A stretch of 64,000 nt of DNA from Candidatus Woesebacteria bacterium RIFCSPLOWO2_01_FULL_39_23 (GCA_001793095.1 MGHG01000005.1:6569-70568); one strand, 5' to 3'; positions 38,388 through 50,037 are shown, numbered from the stretch's first letter. A program made the numbers and translations. Notes: generated from the letters alone by a model not told the origin.

Positions 38388-38798
38388 ATGTTCAAACCTC
38401 CACACAAAAAGATCATAAAGACTAAGGAGAAACTTCTTTACCCTTCCCTGATAATTCTTCTTCTTACTGTCATTTCCTACTTCATCCTGGTAAAAATACG
38501 TGTAAATAGATTCCTAAGTACACAAGGATTAACCTCCTTACCTACTCCGACACAAAGTTTAAACCCGAGTCCGACTCAAAAACCCAATATAACGCCTACG
38601 CCTTCTGAAAAAAGCGGGGGCTGTTTTATAGGTGGTTGTAACGGAGAAATTTGCGCTGATGAAAAAATGGCTTCCCCATGTATTTATAAACCCGAATTTG
38701 CATGTTATAAAAAAGCTGTTTGTGAAAGACAGGATAATGGGTCATGTGGTTGGACGCAAACGGAAGAATCAATTACCTGTTTTGGAGCCTCAATGTAA
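38388..38798 (+). CDS. Cys-rich membrane-anchored hypothetical protein
   Basis: 136 aa; N-terminal TM; 10 Cys in the C-terminal 60 aa. Confidence 0.35.
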   Translation: MFKPPHKKIIKTKEKLLYPSLIILLLTVISYFILVKIRVNRFLSTQGLTSLPTPTQSLNPSPTQKPNITPTPSEKSGGCFIGGCNGEICADEKMASPCIYKPEFACYKKAVCERQDNGSCGWTQTEESITCFGASM

Positions 38799-38844
38799 AT
38801 TTGAAAAATTGACAAGAGTCTCAAAAAAAAGCACAATCTAAATA

Positions 38845-39780
38845 ATGAAAATTGTTGAATGGATCAAGAATAATAAATTTATAACTGTTGTTATTCTTGT
38901 TTTAGCCTACTTTTCTATAAATCTTTTCGAAAGCTTCTTTGGTGTAAATTTACGCTCTTTTAACTTGCCTAGCACAACTAAACAAATATCTACTCCAGAA
39001 TATTCATTAGGTACTGGCGGTATTGGCGGATCCTTCGGCTCCGTAATAATGCCCCCAACGAGAGATTATGCGCCACAAACCGATGTTGATGAGCGTCTTG
39101 TTATCCAGGAGTCAAGTCTATCCCTACTTGTTAAAGACGTCACCGACGTAAGAAATAAAATCGTTAAATATGCTCAGGATAACAGAGGCTATATGGTTAA
39201 TTCGAGCGTCTCCAATCCCCAGGATGCACCGACATCAACCGTGACTATACGCGTCCCGGCAGATAAATTAGAAAGCGCGCTTAACTATTTTCATTCATTG
39301 TCTGTCAAAGTAGTCTCGGAAAATCTGGTCGGGCGGGATGTTACTGACCAGTATGTGGATATTGATAAAAGAATCGCTCAGAACGAAAGAGCTATCAGCA
39401 AACTCGAAGCAATCCTAGATTCAGCCACAAAAGTCAGTGATATCACGAGCGTAACCCAGCAAATACTTACGTACCAAAATCAAATCGATGCCCTAAAAGG
39501 CCAACAGGACGCCCTTAAGAAAAATTCAGAGCTTGCCAAGCTTACTCTCTATCTTTCGACGGATGAGATTGCTCTTCCTTATGCACCCAGCGAAACCTTC
39601 AGACCTAAAGTTATATTCAAACTTGCCGTCAGGTCTCTTGTCGGAACCCTCAGAAAGTTAGCTACATTGGCCATATGGGCAGGAGTATACGCAGCCGTCT
39701 TTGTTCCGGCTATCATTATCATCAAACTTATCTGGAAGTGGTTGAAAAAAAGAAAGACTGAGGTGAGTAAAAGTGATTAA
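38845..39780 (+). CDS. DUF4349-like membrane protein
   Basis: 311 aa; N- and C-terminal TM helices; central coiled-coil region typical of DUF4349. Confidence 0.4.
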   Translation: MKIVEWIKNNKFITVVILVLAYFSINLFESFFGVNLRSFNLPSTTKQISTPEYSLGTGGIGGSFGSVIMPPTRDYAPQTDVDERLVIQESSLSLLVKDVTDVRNKIVKYAQDNRGYMVNSSVSNPQDAPTSTVTIRVPADKLESALNYFHSLSVKVVSENLVGRDVTDQYVDIDKRIAQNERAISKLEAILDSATKVSDITSVTQQILTYQNQIDALKGQQDALKKNSELAKLTLYLSTDEIALPYAPSETFRPKVIFKLAVRSLVGTLRKLATLAIWAGVYAAVFVPAIIIIKLIWKWLKKRKTEVSKSD

Positions 39781-39874
39781 ATATCAAAAAGGTTTCGTTA
39801 GTTTCTTTACACTATTGGTAATAGCTTTAGCTGTATTTATAGGAATCGGATTTTACGTCTATAGTATAAGATTT
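39773..39874 (+). CDS. mini-ORF encoding only the family signal-anchor (KGFVSFFTLLVIALAVFIGIGFYVYSIRF)
   Basis: GTG-initiated 33-codon ORF overlapping the upstream stop; the peptide reproduces the KGF...GIG(Y/F)Y motif of the 26899/27985/29219 family. Confidence 0.25.
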
Positions 39875-39889
39875 TAAATCGTCCGTAGA

Positions 39890-40918
39890 CTATTCCTTCC
39901 GTGCTACAACTTTCTTACAGGCTTCAATAATATCAGCCGACTTCATCTTGTATTTTTCTAAAAGCTCATCCGGCTCCCCTGATTCTCCAAAAGAGTCCGA
40001 CATACCGATAAATTCCATCGGAACCGGATAATTTTTAGCTAAAACTTCAGCAACTGCTCCTCCCAATCCTCCGTTTATTTGGTGTTCCTCTACAGTCACA
40101 ACAGCACCACATCTTTTGGCAGCATTTATTATAGTTTTCTCATCAATTGGTTTTATCGTATGGCAATTTATCACCATCGTAGTGACAGGGTCTGACCCTG
40201 TCATAAGATCATTTGCAGCCAATAAAGCTTCATGGACAAGAGGGCCACAAGCAACAATTGCAACGCTATTGGTAATCAGTAACTTGTGATCAGTGACTTG
40301 TGAAACAGAGTCCCAGAAAATTTCTGCTTTACCGATATTAAATGGGGTATAATCGGAAGTTATAACAGGTGTTGCCTCACGGGCAAATCTAATATAGGCT
40401 GGTTTTCCGTTTCCCGCCACCTCAAGAACTGCTTTTTTAGTTTCTATTGCATCGCAAGGTGCAATAACTATCATATTCGGCATTGCCCGCATAATTGCAA
40501 TATCCTCCAAGGCTTGATGTGTCGCCCCGTCCGGTCCGACCGAAATCCCCGCATGAGCTCCAGCAATCTTTACCGGTACATCATTCAAGGCTATTGTTGT
40601 CCGAATTTGTTCCCAATTCCTCCCCGGAGAAAAAGTGGCATAACTGGCTATAAAAGGAATTTTACCATAGTTTGCCATTCCCGCAGCTATCGTCGCCATC
40701 GCCTGCTCAGCAACACCTACTTCAATATAACGCTGGGGAAACTTTTCTTTGAAATAATATGCTCTTGTACTCTCACCAACGTCAGCGGAAAGAACAACTA
40801 CTCTCTCATCTTTCTCCCCAGCTTCAACTAATCCTTCACCAAAACCATTTCTGGTCGGTATTTTTTCAATACCCGCCTTAAATATTTTTTCTGATAACTT
40901 AGCTTTTGAATTAATCAT
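39890..40918 (-). CDS. transketolase, C-terminal (pyrimidine-binding + C-terminal domain) subunit
   Basis: 342 aa; matches the C-terminal half of split transketolases (…GGLGGAVAEVLAKN…). Confidence 0.85.
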   Translation of the reverse strand: MINSKAKLSEKIFKAGIEKIPTRNGFGEGLVEAGEKDERVVVLSADVGESTRAYYFKEKFPQRYIEVGVAEQAMATIAAGMANYGKIPFIASYATFSPGRNWEQIRTTIALNDVPVKIAGAHAGISVGPDGATHQALEDIAIMRAMPNMIVIAPCDAIETKKAVLEVAGNGKPAYIRFAREATPVITSDYTPFNIGKAEIFWDSVSQVTDHKLLITNSVAIVACGPLVHEALLAANDLMTGSDPVTTMVINCHTIKPIDEKTIINAAKRCGAVVTVEEHQINGGLGGAVAEVLAKNYPVPMEFIGMSDSFGESGEPDELLEKYKMKSADIIEACKKVVARKE

Positions 40919-41158
40919 TTAATTCCCCAGATTATAAATTGGGCTAATCAAGTAGTTTGCAATAACTGCTGAAATTAATCCGTATAGGAAAAATATACCT
41001 GTACCAATAATTATTACTAACTTATAATTGCCTCCTCTCTTTTTCTTATAAATTGCCAAACCAATTGTTCCTAAAAATATTAAAGGGTATCCCCACATTC
41101 CCAGGGAGGCTATTTGCCCCATCAAATTCAGTCTTCCTTGGTAATCAAAATTATTCAT
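40919..41158 (-). CDS. small membrane protein inserted between the transketolase halves
   Basis: 79 aa with two predicted TM helices; abuts both transketolase ORFs. Confidence 0.3.
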   Translation of the reverse strand: MNNFDYQGRLNLMGQIASLGMWGYPLIFLGTIGLAIYKKKRGGNYKLVIIIGTGIFFLYGLISAVIANYLISPIYNLGN

Positions 41159-42041
41159 GTTCGCTTTTAATTTTTCCTCTCAATGTTCTCAATTCTTGTA
41201 ATGCTTTTTTGGCTTCTTCCGGATTTGGTGGCTTGCCATGCCATTCCCATCTTCCTTCCATAAAATCAACTCCCTTACCGGGAATGGTATGACAAATTAT
41301 TACCGTTGGATTTTCAGCAATGGCTTTTGCCATATTTGCGGCCTCAATTATTGTCTCGATGCTATGACCATCCACCTCTATTACACTCCAGTTAAATGCT
41401 TCATATTTCGCCTTCAAGGGTTCAAGAGGCATAATCTCTTCTGTATACCCGGAAATTTGGATATTATTACGATCAACAAAGGACGTTAGATTGGACAAAT
41501 TATTTTTTCCAGCAAAGGCAACCGCTTCCCAGTGATTGCCCTCCTGATGTTCGGCATCAGAAGTTATACAAAAAACCCTGAATGTAGCTTGTGCTGAGGA
41601 CGTTCGGCTGAGCTCAGTCGAAGCCCTTGTCGAAGCACCCATGCGGCTAGCATAAGCATATCCCGCAGCCTGGGCTAACCCGGATCCCAGTGGACCCGAC
41701 GTTGTTTCAATTCCCGGCAATCTTTGCCTTTCCGGATGACCCTGGAGTTTACTCCCTAACTTTCTTAATGTAGCCAGTTCTTTGTGAGAGAAAAAGCCGG
41801 CGTGTGCAAGAGTTGCATAAAGCACCGGGCAAATATGGCCGTTTGAAAGAATTAATCTGTCTCTCTCTTCCCAATTGGGTTTAGCGGGATCATAAGTCAT
41901 GACACCGCCGAAATATAATGCTGTAAAAACATCCGCCATGCCTAGCGGCCCCGCGGAATGGCCGCTCCCTGCCTTTAGAAGCATCTTCACAATATCTTGT
42001 CTAATCTCATTGGCCTTAGCTTGCAGATCATTAATGCCCAT
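41151..42041 (-). CDS. transketolase, N-terminal (TPP-binding) subunit
   Basis: 296 aa; GSGHSAGPLGMADVFTALYF TPP-binding region. Confidence 0.85.
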   Translation of the reverse strand: MGINDLQAKANEIRQDIVKMLLKAGSGHSAGPLGMADVFTALYFGGVMTYDPAKPNWEERDRLILSNGHICPVLYATLAHAGFFSHKELATLRKLGSKLQGHPERQRLPGIETTSGPLGSGLAQAAGYAYASRMGASTRASTELSRTSSAQATFRVFCITSDAEHQEGNHWEAVAFAGKNNLSNLTSFVDRNNIQISGYTEEIMPLEPLKAKYEAFNWSVIEVDGHSIETIIEAANMAKAIAENPTVIICHTIPGKGVDFMEGRWEWHGKPPNPEEAKKALQELRTLRGKIKSEHE

Positions 42042-42050
42042 CCAGCCATC

Positions 42051-42635
42051 CTACCTTCCCATTTTTTTCTCAAATCTTCTAATTACTGGAATGATGTCTT
42101 CCTTTCTTTCAACAATCTCAAATACCTTCATTTCGTCTCCACCAAGGCTCAGGTGCTTTCTCAACACATCGATAATTTCCGGCCAAAAATCACCGTAAAG
42201 AATAAAAGGTTTATGGTGACCATAATATAGTTTAGCCAGAACCCAGGCCGTACCAAATTCACTCACGGTACCAGAACCACCCCGGAAAATAATATACATG
42301 TCGGCATGCTCTAAAAGCTTAAACATCCTCTCAATATAATTTGTTGTTTTTATCTCGACATCAACTATATTTCCGATATATCTCCCCTCAAATCCGGGAG
42401 CATCTTTCGGATAAAAAGTAACAGCAAGCGTCTCTCCCCCTACTGCTTCAGCGCCCTTTGTCGATGCATCCATCACACCAGGCCCCCCGCCATTCACAAT
42501 AGTGAAACCCTCTTCTGCAAGCATCTGCGCAATCTGATATGCATCTTTATAAACCCGGCCTGACTCCTTTGCTTCAGCATCTCCAAAGAAAGCAATATTC
42601 TTGATAAGCTGTTTAACAATCTTTTTGTCGTTCAT
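42051..42635 (-). CDS. LOG-family protein (cytokinin riboside 5'-monophosphate phosphoribohydrolase-like Rossmann protein)
   Basis: 194 aa; GGGPGVMDA and RGGSGTVSEFGTAW (GGxGTxxE) motifs. Confidence 0.75.
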   Translation of the reverse strand: MNDKKIVKQLIKNIAFFGDAEAKESGRVYKDAYQIAQMLAEEGFTIVNGGGPGVMDASTKGAEAVGGETLAVTFYPKDAPGFEGRYIGNIVDVEIKTTNYIERMFKLLEHADMYIIFRGGSGTVSEFGTAWVLAKLYYGHHKPFILYGDFWPEIIDVLRKHLSLGGDEMKVFEIVERKEDIIPVIRRFEKKMGR

Positions 42636-42668
42636 AAAAATAATAGTTAACTCGTTAATCAGAGAAGG

Positions 42669-44487
<1,819 letters not shown>

Positions 44488-44600
44488 TTATAATTTAAGT
44501 ATACAGTCAAACCACAAGCATAAGAAAGAAGTACCCATCTCCAAAATATTATAAAGGATGTAATAGTATGAATAATCATAAGCATGTTATAATTCCCTAA

Positions 44601-45002
44601 ATGACAGAAACAAACGAAAACGATAATAAGAGGTTGTCACTTAGAGAGCAATTATCTAATCCTATAATTTATCGTAATGCTGCTAGTTGGCTTCGTGCCC
44701 AATCTGATAAAGATGTCAATATAGATCCGGCTAAATTACATAATACAACCCTTACAGCTTTAGCTATTGGAATGTGGACGACAGCCGGATTAATGGCAGT
44801 TCATAAAACAGAAACGGGTAGTGATAGTGATCCAAAAGTGTTAATCGATGGTGGCCTAACGGCACTTCAAGCATCGGGTATTTTGATTTTGGGTATGGAA
44901 CAACAGCCGGAAAAAGTAAAATTATCAACAGCAGTTTTACCTCTTTTAGCTAAATCTTTAGATAGGATTGCAGAAAGACTTGAGAGCAGAAAAACTTCTT
45001 AG
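44601..45002 (+). CDS. hypothetical protein
   Basis: 133-aa ORF on the opposite strand between gap and pgk. Confidence 0.35.
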   Translation: MTETNENDNKRLSLREQLSNPIIYRNAASWLRAQSDKDVNIDPAKLHNTTLTALAIGMWTTAGLMAVHKTETGSDSDPKVLIDGGLTALQASGILILGMEQQPEKVKLSTAVLPLLAKSLDRIAERLESRKTS

Positions 45003-46015
45003 CTCTTTAGCGCTTCAATTCCAGGTAAAGTGCCTTTTGCCAAAAACTCAAGCATTGCCCCACCGCCGACCGAAATCCAGTCAAAGCGCTCATTTAAACC
45101 GAATTCTGTAATCGCTGCTTCAGCATCTCCCCCCCCTGCCAATTTGAAGGCAGAAGAGGCTGCTATAGCCTCAAAGACTTCCTTCGTTCCTTGTCTGTGA
45201 CCTTCGTCCTCATATTTCCCCGGTACTCCTGCTACAACAAGTGTGCCAGCCTTCGCGATCTCTTCTTTAAACTTTTCAATAGTGTGAATCGTAATATCTT
45301 CGTTGTCTGGAACAAGTTGCCCTAAAATAATTTTTTCAGGGTTTGAGTTATCCTCGCCAAATAATAAAGGCAGCTTTCCTCCAACCAATATTTTATCGGC
45401 AATCCTGGTGAAACTTTTTATATACCCTACTTTATCTTGTTTTATTCCCCCAACAACTAACACTACAGGCCTTTTAGGACTAACAAGCACCCGATTTAAA
45501 TTCTCGACTTCTTTTATAAACCTGAAACCTGCTGCATGAGGTATCAATTTAGGGATTCCTACAATAGAAGCGTGTTCTCTATGTGAATTAGCAAATGCCT
45601 CATTTATGTAAACATCTCCCAAGTTAGCCAAGTCCTTAGCAAAATTTTCGTCATTTTCTTCCTCGCCTTTATCAAATCTTAAGTTTTCTAAAAGCAAAAT
45701 ATTACCTTCCCCTAACATCTTGACTCTTTTTTCGACTTCGTACCCAGTAATATCATGGAAAAAATTTACTCTCTCTCCTACAATTCCACCGAGAACTTGG
45801 GCAATGGACGAGAGGGATAATTCCGGCAGTCTCTCTCCTTCTGGCCTTCCTTTATGACCAATAAGAATAAGTCGCGCTCTTTTGGAAACTAAATAGTCTA
45901 AAGTCTCCTCCGCGAACTCTAAGCGAGTGTAATCATCTTCTACATCAAGATCCATTCTTACAATTACTCTTTTTCCACTAACATCTATATCCTTTAGTTC
46001 TGGTAAATTAATCAT
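44999..46015 (-). CDS. pgk: phosphoglycerate kinase (compact form)
   Basis: 338 aa; RLILIGHKGRPEG, LLLENLRFDKGEEENDENFAKDLANLGDVYINEAFANSHREHAS, GGGDAEAA...GGGAMLEFL motifs. Confidence 0.8.
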   Translation of the reverse strand: MINLPELKDIDVSGKRVIVRMDLDVEDDYTRLEFAEETLDYLVSKRARLILIGHKGRPEGERLPELSLSSIAQVLGGIVGERVNFFHDITGYEVEKRVKMLGEGNILLLENLRFDKGEEENDENFAKDLANLGDVYINEAFANSHREHASIVGIPKLIPHAAGFRFIKEVENLNRVLVSPKRPVVLVVGGIKQDKVGYIKSFTRIADKILVGGKLPLLFGEDNSNPEKIILGQLVPDNEDITIHTIEKFKEEIAKAGTLVVAGVPGKYEDEGHRQGTKEVFEAIAASSAFKLAGGGDAEAAITEFGLNERFDWISVGGGAMLEFLAKGTLPGIEALKS

Positions 46016-46660
46016 ATTTATAAGTATGGATTATGTAGTACCTGCCCGCAAGTACCCGGCCCGAAGTTGCTTCATCGCTGCAAGCGGGTACGCACAAGCG
46101 TTGCAGGCGGGTGTAGCAAGCAACATGTAGTATGCAATAACTTTTGAACTAGTAAGATAAGTTGACAACCAAACATAATTATATATACTATAAGGTATAT
46201 CCATTAAAGTTTATGGAAAGAACGTCTTTATTTGGTTCCGAAGAAACTGCCCTGTATCTAGCAGTTGCCGAAGTTGAAAAGTCCTTTTTGGGTTCAGGGC
46301 CTCAGAATGAGCGACAGGTTGTGTAATTAAGGAATCGGGTTGATAGTATTTTAAGTTCTATTGGTGGTATCAGCGGAGACACGCCAGCAATTGCGTTTTT
46401 AATGAGAGGTTTTCAACGAGTCAAGGGTACCCGAAACTCAAAAGTTCCGTTCGAAGAATGGTTAAAAGGTTAATAGCCATTCGTTATCTGCTTCGATCTT
46501 TTCGATATCCAAAAGCCTTCTTTTACACCCTATCTCTTATATTATCAACTTTCGTTGATGTATCGTTGTGTTTCCGAATATAAGTTTTATAATTCAACCC
46601 AGAAGTTCCTTATGAGCATAGAAAAAGCATCGCATTGTAATATAGAAATAGTATAAAACC

Positions 46661-47110
46661 ATGGAGAGAGAACCTTTATTCAAAGTAATAAAACCACGGT
46701 TAAGGCAAAGAATTAGTGACCCGATAAAAATCTCCTATGTCGACGATGACAAATGGGCAGTTGATGGCCAAACTAACATTCTTTCAAGAAAAGGGTATGA
46801 AGTTACGGGGTTTCAAGTTATTTATCGACCGGGAGTTAGAATTCAAGAAAAACAAATTGAAACACTTATCGAAAAGATCGCTCAAAGTTCTATGCTATCT
46901 ATAGTTGATTTAGGATTGGGAAGTATTAATACTCACGCATTACTTGATAATCTGAAAAGCAAAGGCGTATTAACAATTATTTTAACAGGTGCTATCTCGC
47001 GGGCTGAAAGACTCGAGGAATTTGAGGGTGTTTCCAATCTAATATTATCTAAACCACTAAGGAGAAATGAATTAGACGAAGCAATTAAAAAAGTTCTTCA
47101 TATTTCTTAA
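46661..47110 (+). CDS. stand-alone response-regulator receiver (CheY-like) domain protein
   Basis: 149 aa; ISYVDDD, SIVDLGL (phospho-acceptor Asp), LTGAIS, LSKP (conserved Lys). Confidence 0.5.
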   Translation: MEREPLFKVIKPRLRQRISDPIKISYVDDDKWAVDGQTNILSRKGYEVTGFQVIYRPGVRIQEKQIETLIEKIAQSSMLSIVDLGLGSINTHALLDNLKSKGVLTIILTGAISRAERLEEFEGVSNLILSKPLRRNELDEAIKKVLHIS

Positions 47111-47567
47111 TTATTTTCTTTCACCTTGACTTCAGAAATATTGTGATTATAATTCCAGGTATTATGACTCCAAAAGAACTACTTGCAAAAAGATGTCGTA
47201 ACTGCCGTTTGGCTACACCTTTTTTAGCAGAATATACGGAACAAAGGCGAACTGTCTTTAGTATTAACGGTGTTGTTGTTAATAAGAGTAGCAATTCCGA
47301 ATCTAGTAAACCTAAAATTATACTTCAAAGAAATTGTACCAGGGCATATCCGCTTATTGATACCGTACCGGCTTTTGACAAATGTATTTCTCCTAGAGAA
47401 TTCGAAGCTCACCCCATTATTGAAGCTAGTTCTTAGCTTCAATATTCTCTATATCCAGAAGTCTTTTTTACCAATTTGTTGGCCAGGTGCAGTTAATTAT
47501 TTTCTTCAAGTTTCTTTATTTCGTCTAACCTGTGCTTATACCTTGCAACGAGATAAGTTTTATCCCC

Positions 47568-47834
47568 TTAAACGGTCTCTCTTAATCCACGATGAATATA
47601 CTGTTTAATCAAAGATTGATAAGGAATATCTTTTTGGTGTGCTTTCATCTTAACTCTACTTAACAAAGAGTCAGGAATTCTTATTGTAATCGGTGTAGAC
47701 GTGAGTTTTAAATTCGGGAATATCCACTTTTCTGCTTTTGACCAATCTACATACTCGGTCGAATCAACTTTCTGCCAAAAAAGTCTTTCTTCTTTTTCCG
47801 TCTTGAATTTAGGTATTTTTTTTAATTTTTTCAT
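47568..47834 (-). CDS. brnA: BrnA antitoxin (RHH, COG3514)
   Basis: 88 aa; EKEERLFWQKVDSTEYVDWS...ITIRIPDSLLSRVKMKAHQKDIPYQSLIKQYI. Confidence 0.6.
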   Translation of the reverse strand: MKKLKKIPKFKTEKEERLFWQKVDSTEYVDWSKAEKWIFPNLKLTSTPITIRIPDSLLSRVKMKAHQKDIPYQSLIKQYIHRGLRETV

Positions 47835-48120
47835 ATCTTTCCACCTCCTTTAGATGCATTCTTCTTGCTGAAATAACACGAACTTTGCCTTTCCTAAAAG
47901 TAAAAACTACAAATACATTTACTTTTTCTAACGTCTTACCCGCAATAATAAATCTCTCTTCTTTTTGAGAATGTTTTATATCCGGTAAAACTATAGATTC
48001 GCTGTCCGTAAACACTTCTTCCGTCTCTTTTGGTAAAATTCCGTGTTTTAAATAACTTTTATCTAAATTCCACTTGTCCCAATCAAATTCCAAAACTTTA
48101 CCTTTAACTCTAGCCTGCAT
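47809..48120 (-). CDS. brnT: BrnT toxin (DUF497 ribonuclease)
   Basis: 103 aa; LEFDWDKWNLDKSYLKHGILPKETEEVF...RVISARRM; overlaps brnA start. Confidence 0.6.
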   Translation of the reverse strand: MQARVKGKVLEFDWDKWNLDKSYLKHGILPKETEEVFTDSESIVLPDIKHSQKEERFIIAGKTLEKVNVFVVFTFRKGKVRVISARRMHLKEVERYEKIKKNT

Positions 48121-48198
48121 TGTACATACTATATATGTACATGTTTAAATTGTCAAGTCATTTTTATATTTGTTTCTTGTCATTATCAGCTTTTAACC

Positions 48199-48441
48199 TT
48201 GACATTCACACACAGTCCTATAATACAAGATATGAAATACGATCACGAACAATCAATGGATATTGGTGCGAGGATTGAAAGAATGGTAGCTAGAGCAACG
48301 ACCCATCAAGTTCTTACTAATCTCGCAACTGAACTCGAAGCTCAGGGAAAACCAATTCCCGCTCAAGAATTGCGAGAGGCGGGCAAAAGTTTCTATCAAA
48401 AAGCTTTAGCTCGTGATAAAAAACTTGCGTCTTCCACGTAA
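48199..48441 (+). CDS. hypothetical protein
   Basis: 80-aa ORF. Confidence 0.3.
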   Translation: MTFTHSPIIQDMKYDHEQSMDIGARIERMVARATTHQVLTNLATELEAQGKPIPAQELREAGKSFYQKALARDKKLASST

Positions 48442-48474
48442 ATTCTCTTTATCAACTAGTAGTTCTCCTCAATC

Positions 48475-48696
48475 CTATTTCTCATTGGGTTCAATTGTAC
48501 CTATAACCTCTCCCTCTGCGTTCACCAAATCTATTGGAACCGAGGTTCTGACCACACCCCGCTCTTTAAAAAAACCAAGAATGGTCTCATCAATATGTTC
48601 GCTTCGCCGTCTATTATGTTCTTCCCATTTCCTTCTCCATTCCTCATGCAACTTCTGCTTTCCTCTTCTTCCAAATAATTCAAACAATCTATCCAT
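48475..48696 (-). CDS. hypothetical protein
   Basis: 73-aa ORF, Arg/Glu-rich. Confidence 0.3.
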   Translation of the reverse strand: MDRLFELFGRRGKQKLHEEWRRKWEEHNRRRSEHIDETILGFFKERGVVRTSVPIDLVNAEGEVIGTIEPNEK

Positions 48697-48710
48697 ATCA
48701 CCCCCCCTCC

Positions 48711-49160
48711 TTAATTATTTTCTTCAATCCTCTTAATATCCTCTAACCTTCTCGTGTGTCTTGCGGCCTTGTCGAATTTTGTTTCAAGAAACACTTTTAA
48801 CATATTTTTCGCCTCAATCTCGCTCGTAAAATCAGCTGCAATTACCAAAACATTCATGTCGTCATCTTCTCTTCCTGCCTTAACCTGTTCAACAGACTTC
48901 CCGATTGACGCGCGGACACCGTCGAATTTGTTGGCAACCACATCAACCCCCACTCCGGAGCCACATAATAGAATCCCACGGGAATCTTTATTGTCTGCGA
49001 CGAGTGAGGCAACTTCCGAAGCGTATTTTGTATAATCATCATCCGGATCCAAATGGTCTGCTCCGACATCAGTAAATACATATCTCCACTCAAAGAGCCA
49101 TTTTGCTATTTTTTCTTTTAGACTATACCCACGATGGTCTGAGCCCAAGTATACTTTCAT
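48711..49160 (-). CDS. rpiB: ribose-5-phosphate isomerase B (RpiB/LacAB family)
   Basis: 149 aa; MKVYLGSDHRGYSLKEKI, LLCGSGVGVDVVANK motifs. Confidence 0.85.
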   Translation of the reverse strand: MKVYLGSDHRGYSLKEKIAKWLFEWRYVFTDVGADHLDPDDDYTKYASEVASLVADNKDSRGILLCGSGVGVDVVANKFDGVRASIGKSVEQVKAGREDDDMNVLVIAADFTSEIEAKNMLKVFLETKFDKAARHTRRLEDIKRIEENN

Positions 49161-49169
49161 AACTAGATA

Positions 49170-49292
49170 GCCTGACTAGCCCCACACAAACGACATTGTG
49201 ACGCGAGGACGCCCACCTGCCAACGACTGGCACTGTCGGGCTGGTAGACCTCGGGAACAACGAGTTTTGTGCTGGGGTGATCCGCACCTATG
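49170..49292. ncRNA. candidate structured RNA element (GC-rich, long closing helix) between rpiB and tpi
   Basis: About 60% GC in a roughly 38% GC genome. Long-range pairing CCCCACACAAA / TTTGTGCTGGGG encloses three local hairpins (CUCG-UUGUUCC-CGAG, CGAC-AGUGCCA-GUCG, and a GCGUC-containing stem). Strand and class undetermined. Confidence 0.35.
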
Positions 49293-49302
49293 TAAACTTT
49301 CA

Positions 49303-49328
49303 TATTTTAACTTTTGTAATTTTGATAT
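49303..49328. terminator. 26-bp perfect palindrome TTTTGATATGCACGTGCATATCAAAA (bidirectional hairpin/possible operator)
   Basis: Exact reverse-complement symmetry, read directly. It sits 17 nt downstream of the tpi stop on the minus strand and just after the structured element on the plus strand. Confidence 0.5.
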
Positions 49329-49345
49329 GCACGTGCATATCAAAA

Positions 49346-49999
49346 TTATAGTCTAAAACCGCTCGCCAGATTTTCTATTACCTCATTTGGATCCAAAGCA
49401 AGAACAACCGCAGAAGCCACGCCAATTCCCTTCGCCCCAAGTTTCAAGCTCACCCGGACATCTTCAACGTCTTTTATTCCGGCGCCCACTAAAATCGGAG
49501 TATTGGGAATTGCGTTGACAACTTTTTCAATAATTTCAGGTTTTGCTTTGGCAACAGATGTGTCTTTGGAGGCAACCAACTCTGGCGGTTCATAACCAAT
49601 CCAATTGGGCTTAAATTTAGCGACTTCAATAGATTCCTCTAGAGAGTCTGCAAATATTAAAACTTCTAATCCCAAGTTCCTTACCTTCTCCACAGTCTTG
49701 CCTAGATCCTCATAGCTTAACTTATGCTCAGAATGGTTGAGAATTACGCCTACGGCCCCTGCGTCTTTGACAATCTCCGGAGGAGTCCAACCTGTCGCAC
49801 GCCCCCGTTCCACAAAATCAACATGTTGAGCCCAAGCTCCTTCGGGTAGAATTTTAGCAACTTCCTTAAGATCAGCAAATTGCGGACAAGCAACTGTGCG
49901 GATATTATATTTCCCTCCTGCCTCCAATAAATATCCAGCCAACTTGACAGCTTCCCCGCCGGAAGACGCTTTATAGGTTTTATGATTAACAAGAAGCAT
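49346..49999 (-). CDS. tpiA: triosephosphate isomerase, archaeal-type short form
   Basis: 217 aa; GVILNHSEHK and WIGYEPPELV...GAGIKDVEDV motifs; the length matches the archaeal TIM family rather than 250-aa bacterial TIM. Confidence 0.75.
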   Translation of the reverse strand: MLLVNHKTYKASSGGEAVKLAGYLLEAGGKYNIRTVACPQFADLKEVAKILPEGAWAQHVDFVERGRATGWTPPEIVKDAGAVGVILNHSEHKLSYEDLGKTVEKVRNLGLEVLIFADSLEESIEVAKFKPNWIGYEPPELVASKDTSVAKAKPEIIEKVVNAIPNTPILVGAGIKDVEDVRVSLKLGAKGIGVASAVVLALDPNEVIENLASGFRL

Positions 50000-50037
50000 T
50001 AAAACTAGTGTATCACGGTTTAGAAAATTAGATTTAA

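Noticed and set aside
49170-49292. SRP RNA, ZTP or guanidine riboswitch assignment for the GC-rich element
   Set aside because: Lacks the GGAA tetraloop/AGCAGC SRP domain IV and the ZTP GGGUCGUGACUGGCG / CCGGGAGC boxes; left unclassified.
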